Shown here one piece after another: positions 9,489 through 19,066 of a stretch of 64,000 nucleotides of DNA. Position 1 is the stretch's first letter. Each line of letters starts with the position of its first letter. Position numbers and translations under genes: made by a program. The notes under the pieces were generated by a model, which ran no database searches, had not been told where the DNA came from, and saw only the letters and a program-made list of their open reading frames with translations. The DNA comes from Bacteroidales bacterium (GTDB lineage: Bacteria; Bacteroidota; Bacteroidia; Bacteroidales; JAFGXI01). Location of the stretch: the NCBI GenBank assembly GCA_016936665.1, contig JAFGXI010000017.1, forward strand, positions 114,672 to 178,671, written 5' to 3'.

Positions 9489-9522
9489 TTATAATGATTA
9501 CAAATTTAGAATAATTCTAAAT
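9489..9522. promoter_or_regulatory. Two tandem Per/Fur-box palindromes overlapping the operon -7 element
   Basis: TTATAATGATTACAA (9489-9503) and perfect 9-1-9 ATTTAGAATAATTCTAAAT (9504-9522); minus-strand TAAATTTG at 9501-9508. Confidence 0.7.
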
Positions 9523-9614
9523 AATTTCCAAATCAATTCTGTTAAAAAAATTAAAATCTTTGGAGTCTTAATAAAAACGTTTAGTTCTTATGCTCATAAA
9601 TGATTGATTTACTA

Positions 9615-9622
9615 TAGATTTG
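9615..9622 (+). promoter_or_regulatory. -7 promoter element (TAGATTTG)
   Basis: TAnnTTTG match 16 nt before ATG 9639. Confidence 0.55.
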
Positions 9623-9638
9623 TAAAAAAATTACAAAA

Positions 9639-10580
9639 ATGGATTCGCAAAACACTGATCAAAATAAAGAGATAAAAACAAGTCCAATTATTAATAAAAC
9701 TAATAAAGATTGTAAAAATAACGGCTTATTGGCATTAATAGGTTTACTTATTATTGTATCTGCGGTAGGATGGTATTTGTATTTCGATATGCGCTCTACA
9801 AATATTGGCACTGTTACTCAACTAAATGTAGTTAGCGATGAAAAAGAAGAAGTGACCAACGAATTAAAAGAGTTAATTGTTCAATACGAAGATTTAAAGA
9901 CAGATAACGAAGATTTGAATTCGAAACTTAGCCAAGAGCAACAACATATCGAAACGCTTCTTGAAGAGCTTAAAAAAGTTAAAGCTGATAACAGATGGCA
10001 AATTCATAAATACAAAAAAGAATTATCGACGCTTCGCGAAATTATGAAGAATTACATTTACCAAATCGATTCTTTAAATACGTTAAATGTCAATTTGCGA
10101 CAAGAAAACCAAACGGTATCAGCAGAAAACCAAAGAATTAGTTCTAAGAATAAAGAATTGGAAGAATTAACCACCAATTTATCTACCACTGTAGAAAAAG
10201 CATCGGTTTTAAGAGCCATCAACATAGTTCCAATGGCATTGAAAAGTAAAGGTAAAGAGACTAATCGTAGCAATAAAGTTGAAAAAATCAGAGTGTGTTT
10301 TACCATTACGGAAAATGCAGTGGCAAAATCCGGCCCTCAGATGGTTTATTTGAGAATTTTGAATCCTCAAAATGCAGTATTATCGGGAAATATAAATACC
10401 GTTAATTTTGGAGAAACAGTAATAAGCTATTCCGACAAGAGAGAAATCGAATACGATAATAAAGATTTAGATGTGTGCATCTATTGGGCAAAAAGCGAAA
10501 ATTTACCGGAAGGCGAATATAAAGTTGAACTTATTTCTGAGGGTAACTTAATAGGAACTTCAGCCTTTTATTTAAAATAG
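9639..10580 (+). CDS. Single-TM coiled-coil protein with C-terminal beta-sandwich domain
   Basis: TM segment LLALIGLLIIVSAVGWYLYF, long heptad region, beta-rich C-terminus. Confidence 0.75.
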   Translation: MDSQNTDQNKEIKTSPIINKTNKDCKNNGLLALIGLLIIVSAVGWYLYFDMRSTNIGTVTQLNVVSDEKEEVTNELKELIVQYEDLKTDNEDLNSKLSQEQQHIETLLEELKKVKADNRWQIHKYKKELSTLREIMKNYIYQIDSLNTLNVNLRQENQTVSAENQRISSKNKELEELTTNLSTTVEKASVLRAINIVPMALKSKGKETNRSNKVEKIRVCFTITENAVAKSGPQMVYLRILNPQNAVLSGNINTVNFGETVISYSDKREIEYDNKDLDVCIYWAKSENLPEGEYKVELISEGNLIGTSAFYLK

Positions 10581-10581
10581 T

Positions 10582-10989
10582 TTGAATAGAGATTATCAAT
10601 ATAAAAAATGGACCCGTTGGCTAATTTATGCTTCCGGGTTCTTTTTTTTAATCTTAGGCATATTAGGCATTTTTATCCCCCTTCTCCCAACCACCCCATT
10701 TCTATTGTTAGCAGCTTGGGCATTTATGCATACCAATCGTAAAATTTACCTTTGGATGTTTAAAAACAGATGGTTTGGGAAAAGCTTTAGCAACTATATG
10801 AAAAACCGTTCTGTTTCAAGATCCGTTAAAATAAGTTCCCTGATAATTCTTAGTATTACTATGGCTTATTCTATTATTTTTGTAATAGAATTTAGATGGT
10901 TAAAAGTTTTATTGTTGGTAATATACCTTGCTGTTGCCTATCACATCATCAAACTAAAAACCATCGACGATAAAATACAAAAACTATGA
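10582..10989 (+). CDS. YbaN/DUF454 family inner-membrane protein
   Basis: LGILGIFIPLLPTTPFLLLAAW signature. Confidence 0.88.
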   Translation: MNRDYQYKKWTRWLIYASGFFFLILGILGIFIPLLPTTPFLLLAAWAFMHTNRKIYLWMFKNRWFGKSFSNYMKNRSVSRSVKISSLIILSITMAYSIIFVIEFRWLKVLLLVIYLAVAYHIIKLKTIDDKIQKL

Positions 10990-12242
10990 GTCTCGATTAT
11001 ACAGTAAAAATCAATTCCGAAATCGGCGAGCTTGAAGCTGTAATCTTACACAAACCGGGTAAAGAGGTTGAAAACATGAAGCCGGAAAATGCCAACAGAG
11101 CATTGTACAGCGACATTCTCAATGTAGAAGTGGCCAATCATGAATATCAACAATTCAGTGGGGCACTAAATAAAATCACCAAAACATTTCAAACGAAAGA
11201 TTTGCTTAGCGATATTTTAGAAAAGCAAGAAGTTAAAGCGCAAATCTTAAGCGATATATCAAGACTTGAACTACAAGAGGAGTTGGTTGAAAGCATTCAA
11301 TCATTAAATTCAAAAAAATTATCAGAATTGCTCATCGAAGGCGTTTTGATGGATAAAAATACTCTTACAAAATTTTTAAACGACGATAGATACGGTTTAA
11401 AACCACTTTACAATTTTTTCTTTATGCGCGATGCTTCTATGTCGATAGGAGATCGTGTACTAATAGGGAAAATGGCCAATGTAGTTCGACAACGAGAAGC
11501 TTTAATTATGGATTACATTTTTAGGTTTCACCCATTATTTAACAATCGTACCTACAATCCAAATTTAATTAATCAGAAAGCCGATGAAATTAAAATAGAA
11601 GGAGGCGATGTTTTGGTTGCCCGAGAAGATATTTTACTTATTGGTATGGGGCTAAGAACAAGTGCAGAAGCCATTGATTACCTAATAGAAGAGTTCAAGC
11701 AACAGAATAAGCATCAACATATTATTGTTCAAGAATTGCCTCATCATCCTGAGTCTTTCATCCATTTAGACATGGTTTTTACCCTACTCGACAGAGACCA
11801 ATGTATGGTTTATGCTCCCCTTATTCTGGGTTTAAATCAATATAAAACCATCCATATAGAAGTTAAAGATGGTCAAACTAAAACGATTGAAGTTGAAGAC
11901 AACATTGTAGTTGCCCTAAAAAAATTGGGGATGGATTTGGAACCAATTTATTGCGGAGGCACACAAGATCAATGGATTCAAGACAGAGAACAATGGCACA
12001 GCGGAGCTAACTTTTTTTCTTTTGCGCCAGGCAAAGTCATTGGTTATGGAAGAAACTCACATACCATAGAGCAAATGAATAAACATGGCTTCGATATTAT
12101 AACAGCCAAAGAAGTAAGCGAAGGTAAAGTGAACGTTGGCGACTACAAAAAGTGTGTGGTAACCATTGAAGGGTCTGAACTTGCACGAGGGGGCGGTGGT
12201 GCCAGATGCATGACCATGCCTGTACGACGTAGAGATTTGTAG
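10986..12242 (+). CDS. arcA: Arginine deiminase
   Basis: SEIGEL..VILHKPGKE, FMRD, IEGGD, HLDMVFT, ELARGGGGARCMTMP. Confidence 0.9.
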   Translation: MSLDYTVKINSEIGELEAVILHKPGKEVENMKPENANRALYSDILNVEVANHEYQQFSGALNKITKTFQTKDLLSDILEKQEVKAQILSDISRLELQEELVESIQSLNSKKLSELLIEGVLMDKNTLTKFLNDDRYGLKPLYNFFFMRDASMSIGDRVLIGKMANVVRQREALIMDYIFRFHPLFNNRTYNPNLINQKADEIKIEGGDVLVAREDILLIGMGLRTSAEAIDYLIEEFKQQNKHQHIIVQELPHHPESFIHLDMVFTLLDRDQCMVYAPLILGLNQYKTIHIEVKDGQTKTIEVEDNIVVALKKLGMDLEPIYCGGTQDQWIQDREQWHSGANFFSFAPGKVIGYGRNSHTIEQMNKHGFDIITAKEVSEGKVNVGDYKKCVVTIEGSELARGGGGARCMTMPVRRRDL

Positions 12243-13325
12243 CTATTTTTTAGGACTCCCAAAGCGTCTTCCTACAAAAAACCTGAAGTTTCCGATCTGA
12301 GTTGCTGTTCTGTACTGATCGAAGCTATGAAAGCTATGATTATCGTTATAGTTAAAGCCGGCATAAAATCTTTGCCCGTTATACAAAATCGCAATTTTAT
12401 TACTCATAACAAACCCTAGTTTTGTATAACTAAATTGATGAGCTTCCCCATCTTTAATTGTATTTATTGTCATTATCTGCGAAACAATTCCGGGTATTAA
12501 CGATAAAGTGATCATGAATTTTTTAGCAATCACAAAATTATATGCGTAGCCAAACAACGGACCAACATCTAATGCGACAATCGATTTTATTTGATAATCG
12601 TCTTCCTTATCAAAATTATCGGTATATTCTTGAGGAACAAAAGTACTGTCTGAACTTGTAGAAGTAATATTTGTAATATATCCCAAAATAAATGAGCCCG
12701 ACATTTTCTTTTGAATTTCATTTTGAACAAATGATGCTCTATACGAAAATTTTCTATTGTTAATAACATGGAAATAAGCAAATCCTAAGGAGCTTGTCTG
12801 AAGACTTGGAACTATAGGGTAATTCATATCCCTAGTGAAAGTGGAGTCGTAAGATTCGGGGTTTGTGATATAAAATCCTTGATAATAATTAAAAAAGATA
12901 TCTATCAAGAACTTATGAGCAAATATATTCATTTGAGCATCGAACCTTTGCGTTTTACCAAACTTTTCATCATCATTATTCAATGCTGGGATGTTGAATG
13001 CAAAAGAAAAACCTAACCATTTATAGTTGAAACCAAATCCAACATTGAAGATATCGTTTGGAGAAAACAATAAAGATTGATTCGTCCCTTTATTAGTTAT
13101 GCTGAATTTATAATACTTTGTTAAGCCATGTGTAAATAAATTCAGATAATTCGATTTATCTTCTATATAGTTGGTGTCTAACTTAGAATGCTTAGTTTGC
13201 GAATTAATGTTTATTTGAGAATCTGATTGAGCATATAACGAAGTTCCGCTTAAAAAAACAAACCAAAAATAAAGCCCAAATAAAAGAATTTTCTTATTTA
13301 GAATCAAGTTCGATAAATTCAACAT
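12243..13325 (-). CDS. DUF4421-like outer-membrane beta-barrel protein
   Basis: Alternating aromatic beta strands, FSYRASFVQNEIQKKMSGS, C-terminal FFVGRRF. Confidence 0.7.
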   Translation of the reverse strand: MLNLSNLILNKKILLFGLYFWFVFLSGTSLYAQSDSQININSQTKHSKLDTNYIEDKSNYLNLFTHGLTKYYKFSITNKGTNQSLLFSPNDIFNVGFGFNYKWLGFSFAFNIPALNNDDEKFGKTQRFDAQMNIFAHKFLIDIFFNYYQGFYITNPESYDSTFTRDMNYPIVPSLQTSSLGFAYFHVINNRKFSYRASFVQNEIQKKMSGSFILGYITNITSTSSDSTFVPQEYTDNFDKEDDYQIKSIVALDVGPLFGYAYNFVIAKKFMITLSLIPGIVSQIMTINTIKDGEAHQFSYTKLGFVMSNKIAILYNGQRFYAGFNYNDNHSFHSFDQYRTATQIGNFRFFVGRRFGSPKK

Positions 13326-13866
13326 TTTTTGTTTTTAATGTTTTAAACATGAGGTAACTAAAATACAGGAGTATTAAACCTAATAAAGCAATGACAATTC
13401 CAAAAACAACCAACATTGTTTCTAATATAGCTGTTGGGTTAACCAGCATTACTAGCCCTATGCCTAAAAAAGCGATGCCATTACCTAACAGAAACATTCC
13501 AAAATTTACGATATGCCAAACTTTAATAGCATAAATAATTTGATATATTCCGGTAACAACTGCCCATAAACCAATAATAAAAAGAATAAAATTAATCATC
13601 TGTGCTGGTTTGGTAATCATAACAATACCTATGGCTAGGTTGAGAAAACCTTGAAATAGAAAATAAATATTCGTAGATCCTTTTGCGTTTTTATGCAAAT
13701 AAGAATAAACAAGCATTCCTGCACCTCCAATCGTTAGTAGAATACCGAGCACTTTAACTATGGTTTCGACAAACTGATGAGGTAAAAAAATAAAGACAAG
13801 GCCAATTAAAAGCGCAATTGCACCAATAATTGCTAAACCGGACCATTTGTTTTGAATTGTTTTCAT
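13294..13866 (-). CDS. HdeD/DUF308 family membrane protein
   Basis: Six TM helices in repeated G..L.IG...P pattern. Confidence 0.75.
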   Translation of the reverse strand: MKTIQNKWSGLAIIGAIALLIGLVFIFLPHQFVETIVKVLGILLTIGGAGMLVYSYLHKNAKGSTNIYFLFQGFLNLAIGIVMITKPAQMINFILFIIGLWAVVTGIYQIIYAIKVWHIVNFGMFLLGNGIAFLGIGLVMLVNPTAILETMLVVFGIVIALLGLILLYFSYLMFKTLKTKNVEFIELDSK

Positions 13867-13910
13867 AAGTTATTAATCGTCAATTCAAAATTAACAAAAG
13901 TATTAGAAAT

Positions 13911-13940
13911 AAAAAAAGGCCGATTCAATGAATCGGCCTT
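13911..13940 (-). terminator. Intrinsic terminator after the PPIase gene
   Basis: AAGGCCGATTCA-TTGAATCGGCC-TTTTTTT on minus strand. Confidence 0.8.
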
Positions 13941-13960
13941 CGTATACTTTAGCATTTTGC

Positions 13961-16057
13961 TTAATAATAATTGATTCTAAGATCAACAATATTAGCATTT
14001 TCTCTTAAGGCTTTTATAGCTTGATAATTTACTCTATTTGCAAAGTCGCGAGCCATTTTAGAGGTCTCTGCCTCGGCATTTGTCTTAGCTTGGTCTTTTG
14101 CTTCAGATGCTTTAATAATAAAAACGCCTGTAACTCCTTTGATTGGACCTTGAGCAGTATTGGTTGGACCATAAATAGCATTTGCAATAACATCTGGTTC
14201 AACACCTGCACTTGGCAAAGAGTACATCGAGAAAGTCACATTAGGAGCGCTCAAAATCTTCAAGTTCATAGCATCTGCAGAAGCTTGTAAATCCTCTTTT
14301 TTGGCGGCATTAAACTCAGCCATTAATTTCTCAGCTTTCTTTTCTTTTATCACTTTGTTTTCCAACTCAGTTTGAACAAGTTCGAAAGGAGCAGTTCCCT
14401 TTTCTTTAACTTCGCTAATTAATGCAACAACATATTTTTCACCAAATTTTAATACCTCGTCAGAAACTGAATTAACAGGGTTATTGAAAGCCCAACGAAT
14501 TAATTCTCTTGGATTTTCTAAACCCGCAATATTTCTATCGCTAGATTTTATATTATTGGCAATACGAGGAACCAATTGTAATTCTTCAGCTGCTTTTTCA
14601 AATTGTTCTTTATCACGATTTGCTCCGGCAAACTCACTTGCTTTTTGGTAAATTAAAGCATCGGTTTGTTCCGAAGGTTCAATATTAACTGTTAAAAAGC
14701 CAGGTAATACTTGTTTGCTTAATGGGCCTAATTCTTGGACTTCGATAATATGTAATCCGAATTGAGATTCGGCAACAACGACTTCCCCTTTTTTAGCTTC
14801 GAAACATGCTTTTTCGAATGGACGTACCATCTGGCCTTTTTTAAACCATCCTAAATCGCCTCCTTTTTGTGCCGAGCCGTCTTTAGAATAAATTCTGGCT
14901 AATTCGGCAAAGTCGGCACCGTTTTTAAGTAATTCTTGCAAACTGTCGCTCAATGCTAACACCTGTTGTGGCGACATTGCTTCCGATACTTGAAGTAGAA
15001 TATGTCTTGCTTTTGCTGAATCCGGCAATTCTTTAATCTCGACTAATTTGGCAATTTTATAAGCATTACCATCTAAATAGACATCGGTTACGGCGCCAGT
15101 ATCGGCAGAGAACATAAACGTGTCGAGATTCATTGGCAACTCGCCTTTAGCAAAAAACATATCTTGATATGGCTCGTCAGAATTATAAGTAATATATTGA
15201 ACAGCATCGTTAGTCGAAGCAAATTCGGGTTTCATTTGCTCTAGGCTTTCTCTTGTAGCTTGTTCATCTTCTTTTGAAGGTAATACATCGAAAGTCACAT
15301 AGGTAATGCTTCTCGACTCATCTTGTTTAAATTCGTACAAATGACTATCGTAATAGCTTCTTAAATCTGCATCGTTGAAAGTCACATCTTCGTCTTTTAA
15401 CTCAGCATATTTTTTAACGATATAATCCACATCAACCGTTTTATTGGTTGCCTCTACTTGATCGGCTACTTCTAATTTATTGGCGATGTATGCTTTTTGA
15501 ATTAAAGTATTGTATTTAATTGCTTTTTTACCTTGTACAATAGCATTTTCGAAGTCGACCCAAGAAGCACGAGCAACACCACTAGGATCTTGATCGAGGT
15601 TTTTAAGAAAAGAAATAACTCTGGATTTATCAAAAATCTTTGTTTGAGGGTTTTGAAAAATAGGCACTTGTTGTACTTGAGGATCAACAAATTGTCCTTG
15701 AACCATATCTTCTAATTCGTCAACACCAACATCTATCCCAAGTAATTCGTATTGCTCATCCATAGTGTATTGTAACACAAGCGATTCCCAAGCTTGATCG
15801 TAAATTCCTTCAACAGCTTTAGAATCTAAACTCTCGTTACCTTGGTTTCTCTTGGTTGTTTCTGTAATTTCATCAACTTTTTGCTGATATTCTTGAACTG
15901 AAATATTATTTCCTTTCACCGACCCTACTTCAGGACTTGATGAAAAACCTGTCCCTTTTTGTAAAAAGTCACCAAGAATAAACGCAAAAAGTGATATACC
16001 AATCACCGATGCTACTAACACTCCTGCCTTGTCTCTAATTTTTTGTAATGTAGCCAT
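13961..16057 (-). CDS. PpiD/SurA-like periplasmic chaperone with parvulin PPIase domain
   Basis: MATLQKIRDK N-terminal anchor; ARHILL, FAELARIYSKD, GGDLGWF, ESQFGLHII. Confidence 0.9.
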   Translation of the reverse strand: MATLQKIRDKAGVLVASVIGISLFAFILGDFLQKGTGFSSSPEVGSVKGNNISVQEYQQKVDEITETTKRNQGNESLDSKAVEGIYDQAWESLVLQYTMDEQYELLGIDVGVDELEDMVQGQFVDPQVQQVPIFQNPQTKIFDKSRVISFLKNLDQDPSGVARASWVDFENAIVQGKKAIKYNTLIQKAYIANKLEVADQVEATNKTVDVDYIVKKYAELKDEDVTFNDADLRSYYDSHLYEFKQDESRSITYVTFDVLPSKEDEQATRESLEQMKPEFASTNDAVQYITYNSDEPYQDMFFAKGELPMNLDTFMFSADTGAVTDVYLDGNAYKIAKLVEIKELPDSAKARHILLQVSEAMSPQQVLALSDSLQELLKNGADFAELARIYSKDGSAQKGGDLGWFKKGQMVRPFEKACFEAKKGEVVVAESQFGLHIIEVQELGPLSKQVLPGFLTVNIEPSEQTDALIYQKASEFAGANRDKEQFEKAAEELQLVPRIANNIKSSDRNIAGLENPRELIRWAFNNPVNSVSDEVLKFGEKYVVALISEVKEKGTAPFELVQTELENKVIKEKKAEKLMAEFNAAKKEDLQASADAMNLKILSAPNVTFSMYSLPSAGVEPDVIANAIYGPTNTAQGPIKGVTGVFIIKASEAKDQAKTNAEAETSKMARDFANRVNYQAIKALRENANIVDLRINYY

Positions 16058-16250
16058 TTCTTTAAAATAATTTCAATGGTTGTTAATTTGTTAATCTTAT
16101 CGTTATCAATGATTTATAAGCTTATTATAAATCTAAGCATACTATCGTGAGTAGACTTCTAACCAAGATAGTTTTATTCAAGCCACGAAGATATAAAAAA
16201 TTGTGACTTTTAAAGCTTTTGAAACTTAAAAATTGGCATGAATCGTTGGC

Positions 16251-17507
16251 TTAATCTTCTATAAATAGATGCACTGCTTCAATACGTGTTGTATTCACAT
16301 CTATAATCACCATTTTAAATCGGCCTAATTCAATAACTTCGTTAAGTGTTGGAATATCGTTATGTTCGGAAAGAATATACCCGGCAAGCGTCTCATATTC
16401 TGTAGATTCCGGAATATTTAGTAAGTATTTTTTGTTTATGTAATCGATTTCCAATCGTGCAGAGAATTTATATTCTTTATCGCTTATTTTAATCTCTAAT
16501 TCCGAATCATGATCGTATTCGTCTTCTATTTCGCCAAAAATTTCTTCGATAATATCTTCCACAGTAACAATGCCTGCTGTTCCCCCAAATTCGTCTACAA
16601 CCACGGCCATGCTTTTGCGTTGAGTCATTAAATTACCTAGTAATTTTTCTGCGCTCATACTTTCCGGAGCAATGCTGATGCTATGCGTAATGTTTTTTAT
16701 GCTTTTCGGGTTGTTAAAAATATCCAAAGAGTGTGCGTAACCAATAATATTATCGATAGAATCTTTGTATACAACAATTCTTGAAAAACCGGTTTCGATA
16801 AGCATTTGCTTCAACTTTTCAACGGGTTCGCTTTGCTCTATGGCTGCCAAATCGGTTCTAGGAATCATGCAGTCTCTCAATTTAATATCGGAAAAATCGA
16901 GTGCATTTTGAAATAAAGTCAAATCGATTCCTTCGTCTTTATTGATATGTTGTTTTTCTTCATCGGTAAGAAAAAGGCTATCGATATCTACCCTTCTAAA
17001 AACCTCTACTTGTGGTTGATCCTGTTGGTTGGTACTAACTATTTTCAAGAACACTTCAGAAAGAAAAATGGAAAATCGAGCAATAATAAAAAGTAAATAA
17101 TAAAAGATGACAACCGGTACTGAAAAGATATTTAAAAAAACATTTGGTAAAATTCTGAAAATCGTTTTTGGTAAAAACTCGGCTAATATGAGAATAATAA
17201 GCGTCGAAATAAGCGTCTCGCTTAATAACAATAACCAAGAATCTGTAAGTATAGGGTCTAAAATTGGTTCTAGTAGCTTGGCTGTAAAAATACCGTAAAT
17301 CACTAAAGCAATATTGTTACCCACAAGCATCGTGGCGATATACTGCGAAGGGTTGCTGTAAAAGATATTGAGAATTCCTGAGAAAGTTTTTTTCTGCTTT
17401 TTTTCAAGCTCAAACTTCAATTTGTTAGAAGCCACAAAGGCTATTTCCATTCCGGAAAAAAAGGCTGAAAATAATAAGGCAATAACAACTATAAGGTACT
17501 CGTTCAT
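16251..17507 (-). CDS. HlyC/CorC (CNNM-CBS-CorC) family transporter
   Basis: SAFFSGMEIA, LVGNNIA, EFLPK, VVDEFGGTAGIVTVEDIIEEIFGEI. Confidence 0.92.
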   Translation of the reverse strand: MNEYLIVVIALLFSAFFSGMEIAFVASNKLKFELEKKQKKTFSGILNIFYSNPSQYIATMLVGNNIALVIYGIFTAKLLEPILDPILTDSWLLLLSETLISTLIILILAEFLPKTIFRILPNVFLNIFSVPVVIFYYLLFIIARFSIFLSEVFLKIVSTNQQDQPQVEVFRRVDIDSLFLTDEEKQHINKDEGIDLTLFQNALDFSDIKLRDCMIPRTDLAAIEQSEPVEKLKQMLIETGFSRIVVYKDSIDNIIGYAHSLDIFNNPKSIKNITHSISIAPESMSAEKLLGNLMTQRKSMAVVVDEFGGTAGIVTVEDIIEEIFGEIEDEYDHDSELEIKISDKEYKFSARLEIDYINKKYLLNIPESTEYETLAGYILSEHNDIPTLNEVIELGRFKMVIIDVNTTRIEAVHLFIED

Positions 17508-17514
17508 TGTTAAT

Positions 17515-17712
17515 CTACTCCTCTTTTGATTTTTGATTTAGGCGCAAACGTCTTCTAAAACCATACATTGCAAACGCAATTAAGGCCATTACCCACAAAA
17601 GCCAATCTTCACCAATATGTCCAAAATACCATTGATGAATGCCTGCTACTACGGCTCCAGCTGCGATAATTAACCACAAATATTCTAAAAACAAATTAGT
17701 ATTCGATCTCAT
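17515..17712 (-). CDS. Small two-TM membrane protein
   Basis: Two hydrophobic helices and a basic tail; start ATG 17712 follows TATCTTTG promoter motif at 17734-17741. Confidence 0.65.
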   Translation of the reverse strand: MRSNTNLFLEYLWLIIAAGAVVAGIHQWYFGHIGEDWLLWVMALIAFAMYGFRRRLRLNQKSKEE

Positions 17713-17768
17713 TGATATTGAATTTGTTGTTGGCAAAGATACAACATTTATTCTGCCCAACTATGTGT

Positions 17769-18464
17769 TTAATATTGACTAAATTCGTTTTGAGCTCGTG
17801 CAAAATCTTCGGGGATGCCTATGTCGATAAAATAGCCCTCGATTAATTGTCCGATAAATAATCTATTTGCTACTTCTTTTTCCATGACCTCTGTTTCGAA
17901 CGAAAACTTTTCGCCAACAGGCCAATGTTCTATTAACGATTTTTTCATTCTATAAATCCCTGCATTTATTAAGCCTTCGTCGATAAATTGTTTTTCGTTA
18001 AAACGAATAATTCTACGACCATCAAGCGTGATTGACCCATATCGATCGAAAGCTTTCATTGGCTTTAAAGCCATACACAAATCTGCTGCTTGAGCCTTGG
18101 CATATGCTTCCATTTCTGCATAATTCATCTCTAAAAAAGTATCGCCATTAATTACAAAAGCATGATCTTCGTCGAGAAGATCGAAGGCTTTTCGTATTGC
18201 GCCCCCTGTTCCGAGCGGACTATCCTCAACAGAATACAGTAATTGTAAATTTTTATAACGATGTCCAAAATGCGATTGAATAACTTCGTATTTGTAACCT
18301 ACTGCTAATACAATTTTATCGAAGCCTTGCTTATCTAAATCGTCCAAAATATAAGTAAGAAAAGGACGCTCTGCGACTTTGGCCATAGGTTTAGGGACAT
18401 CGGCTACCACACTTTTTAAGCGGGTACCCATACCTCCTGCCAATATTATTGCTGAAAACCCCAA
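17769..18464 (-). CDS. hddC: D-glycero-alpha-D-manno-heptose 1-phosphate guanylyltransferase-like nucleotidyltransferase
   Basis: ILAGGMGTRL, PKPMA, PLGTGGA, NGDT, GYFIDIGIPEDF; adjacent to gmhA/hddA. Confidence 0.8.
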   Translation of the reverse strand: MGFSAIILAGGMGTRLKSVVADVPKPMAKVAERPFLTYILDDLDKQGFDKIVLAVGYKYEVIQSHFGHRYKNLQLLYSVEDSPLGTGGAIRKAFDLLDEDHAFVINGDTFLEMNYAEMEAYAKAQAADLCMALKPMKAFDRYGSITLDGRRIIRFNEKQFIDEGLINAGIYRMKKSLIEHWPVGEKFSFETEVMEKEVANRLFIGQLIEGYFIDIGIPEDFARAQNEFSQY

Positions 18465-18466
18465 TC

Positions 18467-19054
18467 TTATGAATTCAAATGACCAAATAGCTGGGCTTCG
18501 ACCAACTCACAAACAATATGTCCCATAAGAATATGAGATTCTTGAATTCTTGGGGTAACCGTAGAGGGAACATTGAGCAATATATCTGAGAATTCCTTCA
18601 TTTTTCCGCCAGTCTCGCCGGTGAGCGAAACAATTGAAAGTCCCAAATCTTTAGCAACATGTTGTGCTCTTATAATATTCCCAGAATTACCAGAAGTCGA
18701 TATTCCAATAAGCACATCGCCTTGTTTAGCAACCCCTTTTAAATAGCGTGCATAAATCTCGTCGTAGGAGTAATCGTTGGCAACGGCCGTTAAATAGGAT
18801 GTGTTAACATGTAATGCTTCAGCAGGAAGAGGAGGCCTGTCGAAATAAAACCTGCCCGATAGCTCGGCAGCAATGTGTTGCGCATCAGCGGCACTGCCGC
18901 CATTACCACAAATCCACACTCTGCCTCCTTCCTGAAATGTTTTAACTAAAAGTCCGGCAACTTGTTTGATTGCCGATACTAACTCTTCTGACTCTAATAT
19001 TCTTTGTTTTGCCAAAATTGAATCGGCAATAATATTTTTAATTTCTTTTTTCAC
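18467..19054 (-). CDS. gmhA: Sedoheptulose 7-phosphate isomerase
   Basis: CGNGGSAADAQHIAAEL, TAVANDY, ISTSGNS, PRIQESH. Confidence 0.95.
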   Translation of the reverse strand: MKKEIKNIIADSILAKQRILESEELVSAIKQVAGLLVKTFQEGGRVWICGNGGSAADAQHIAAELSGRFYFDRPPLPAEALHVNTSYLTAVANDYSYDEIYARYLKGVAKQGDVLIGISTSGNSGNIIRAQHVAKDLGLSIVSLTGETGGKMKEFSDILLNVPSTVTPRIQESHILMGHIVCELVEAQLFGHLNS

Positions 19055-19066
19055 TGTTGATATTAT

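Noticed and set aside
16111-16133. Palindrome GATTTATAA-GCTTA-TTATAAATC in the leader of the PPIase gene
   Set aside because: Almost all A/T, so it can arise by chance; no supporting regulator or RNA motif
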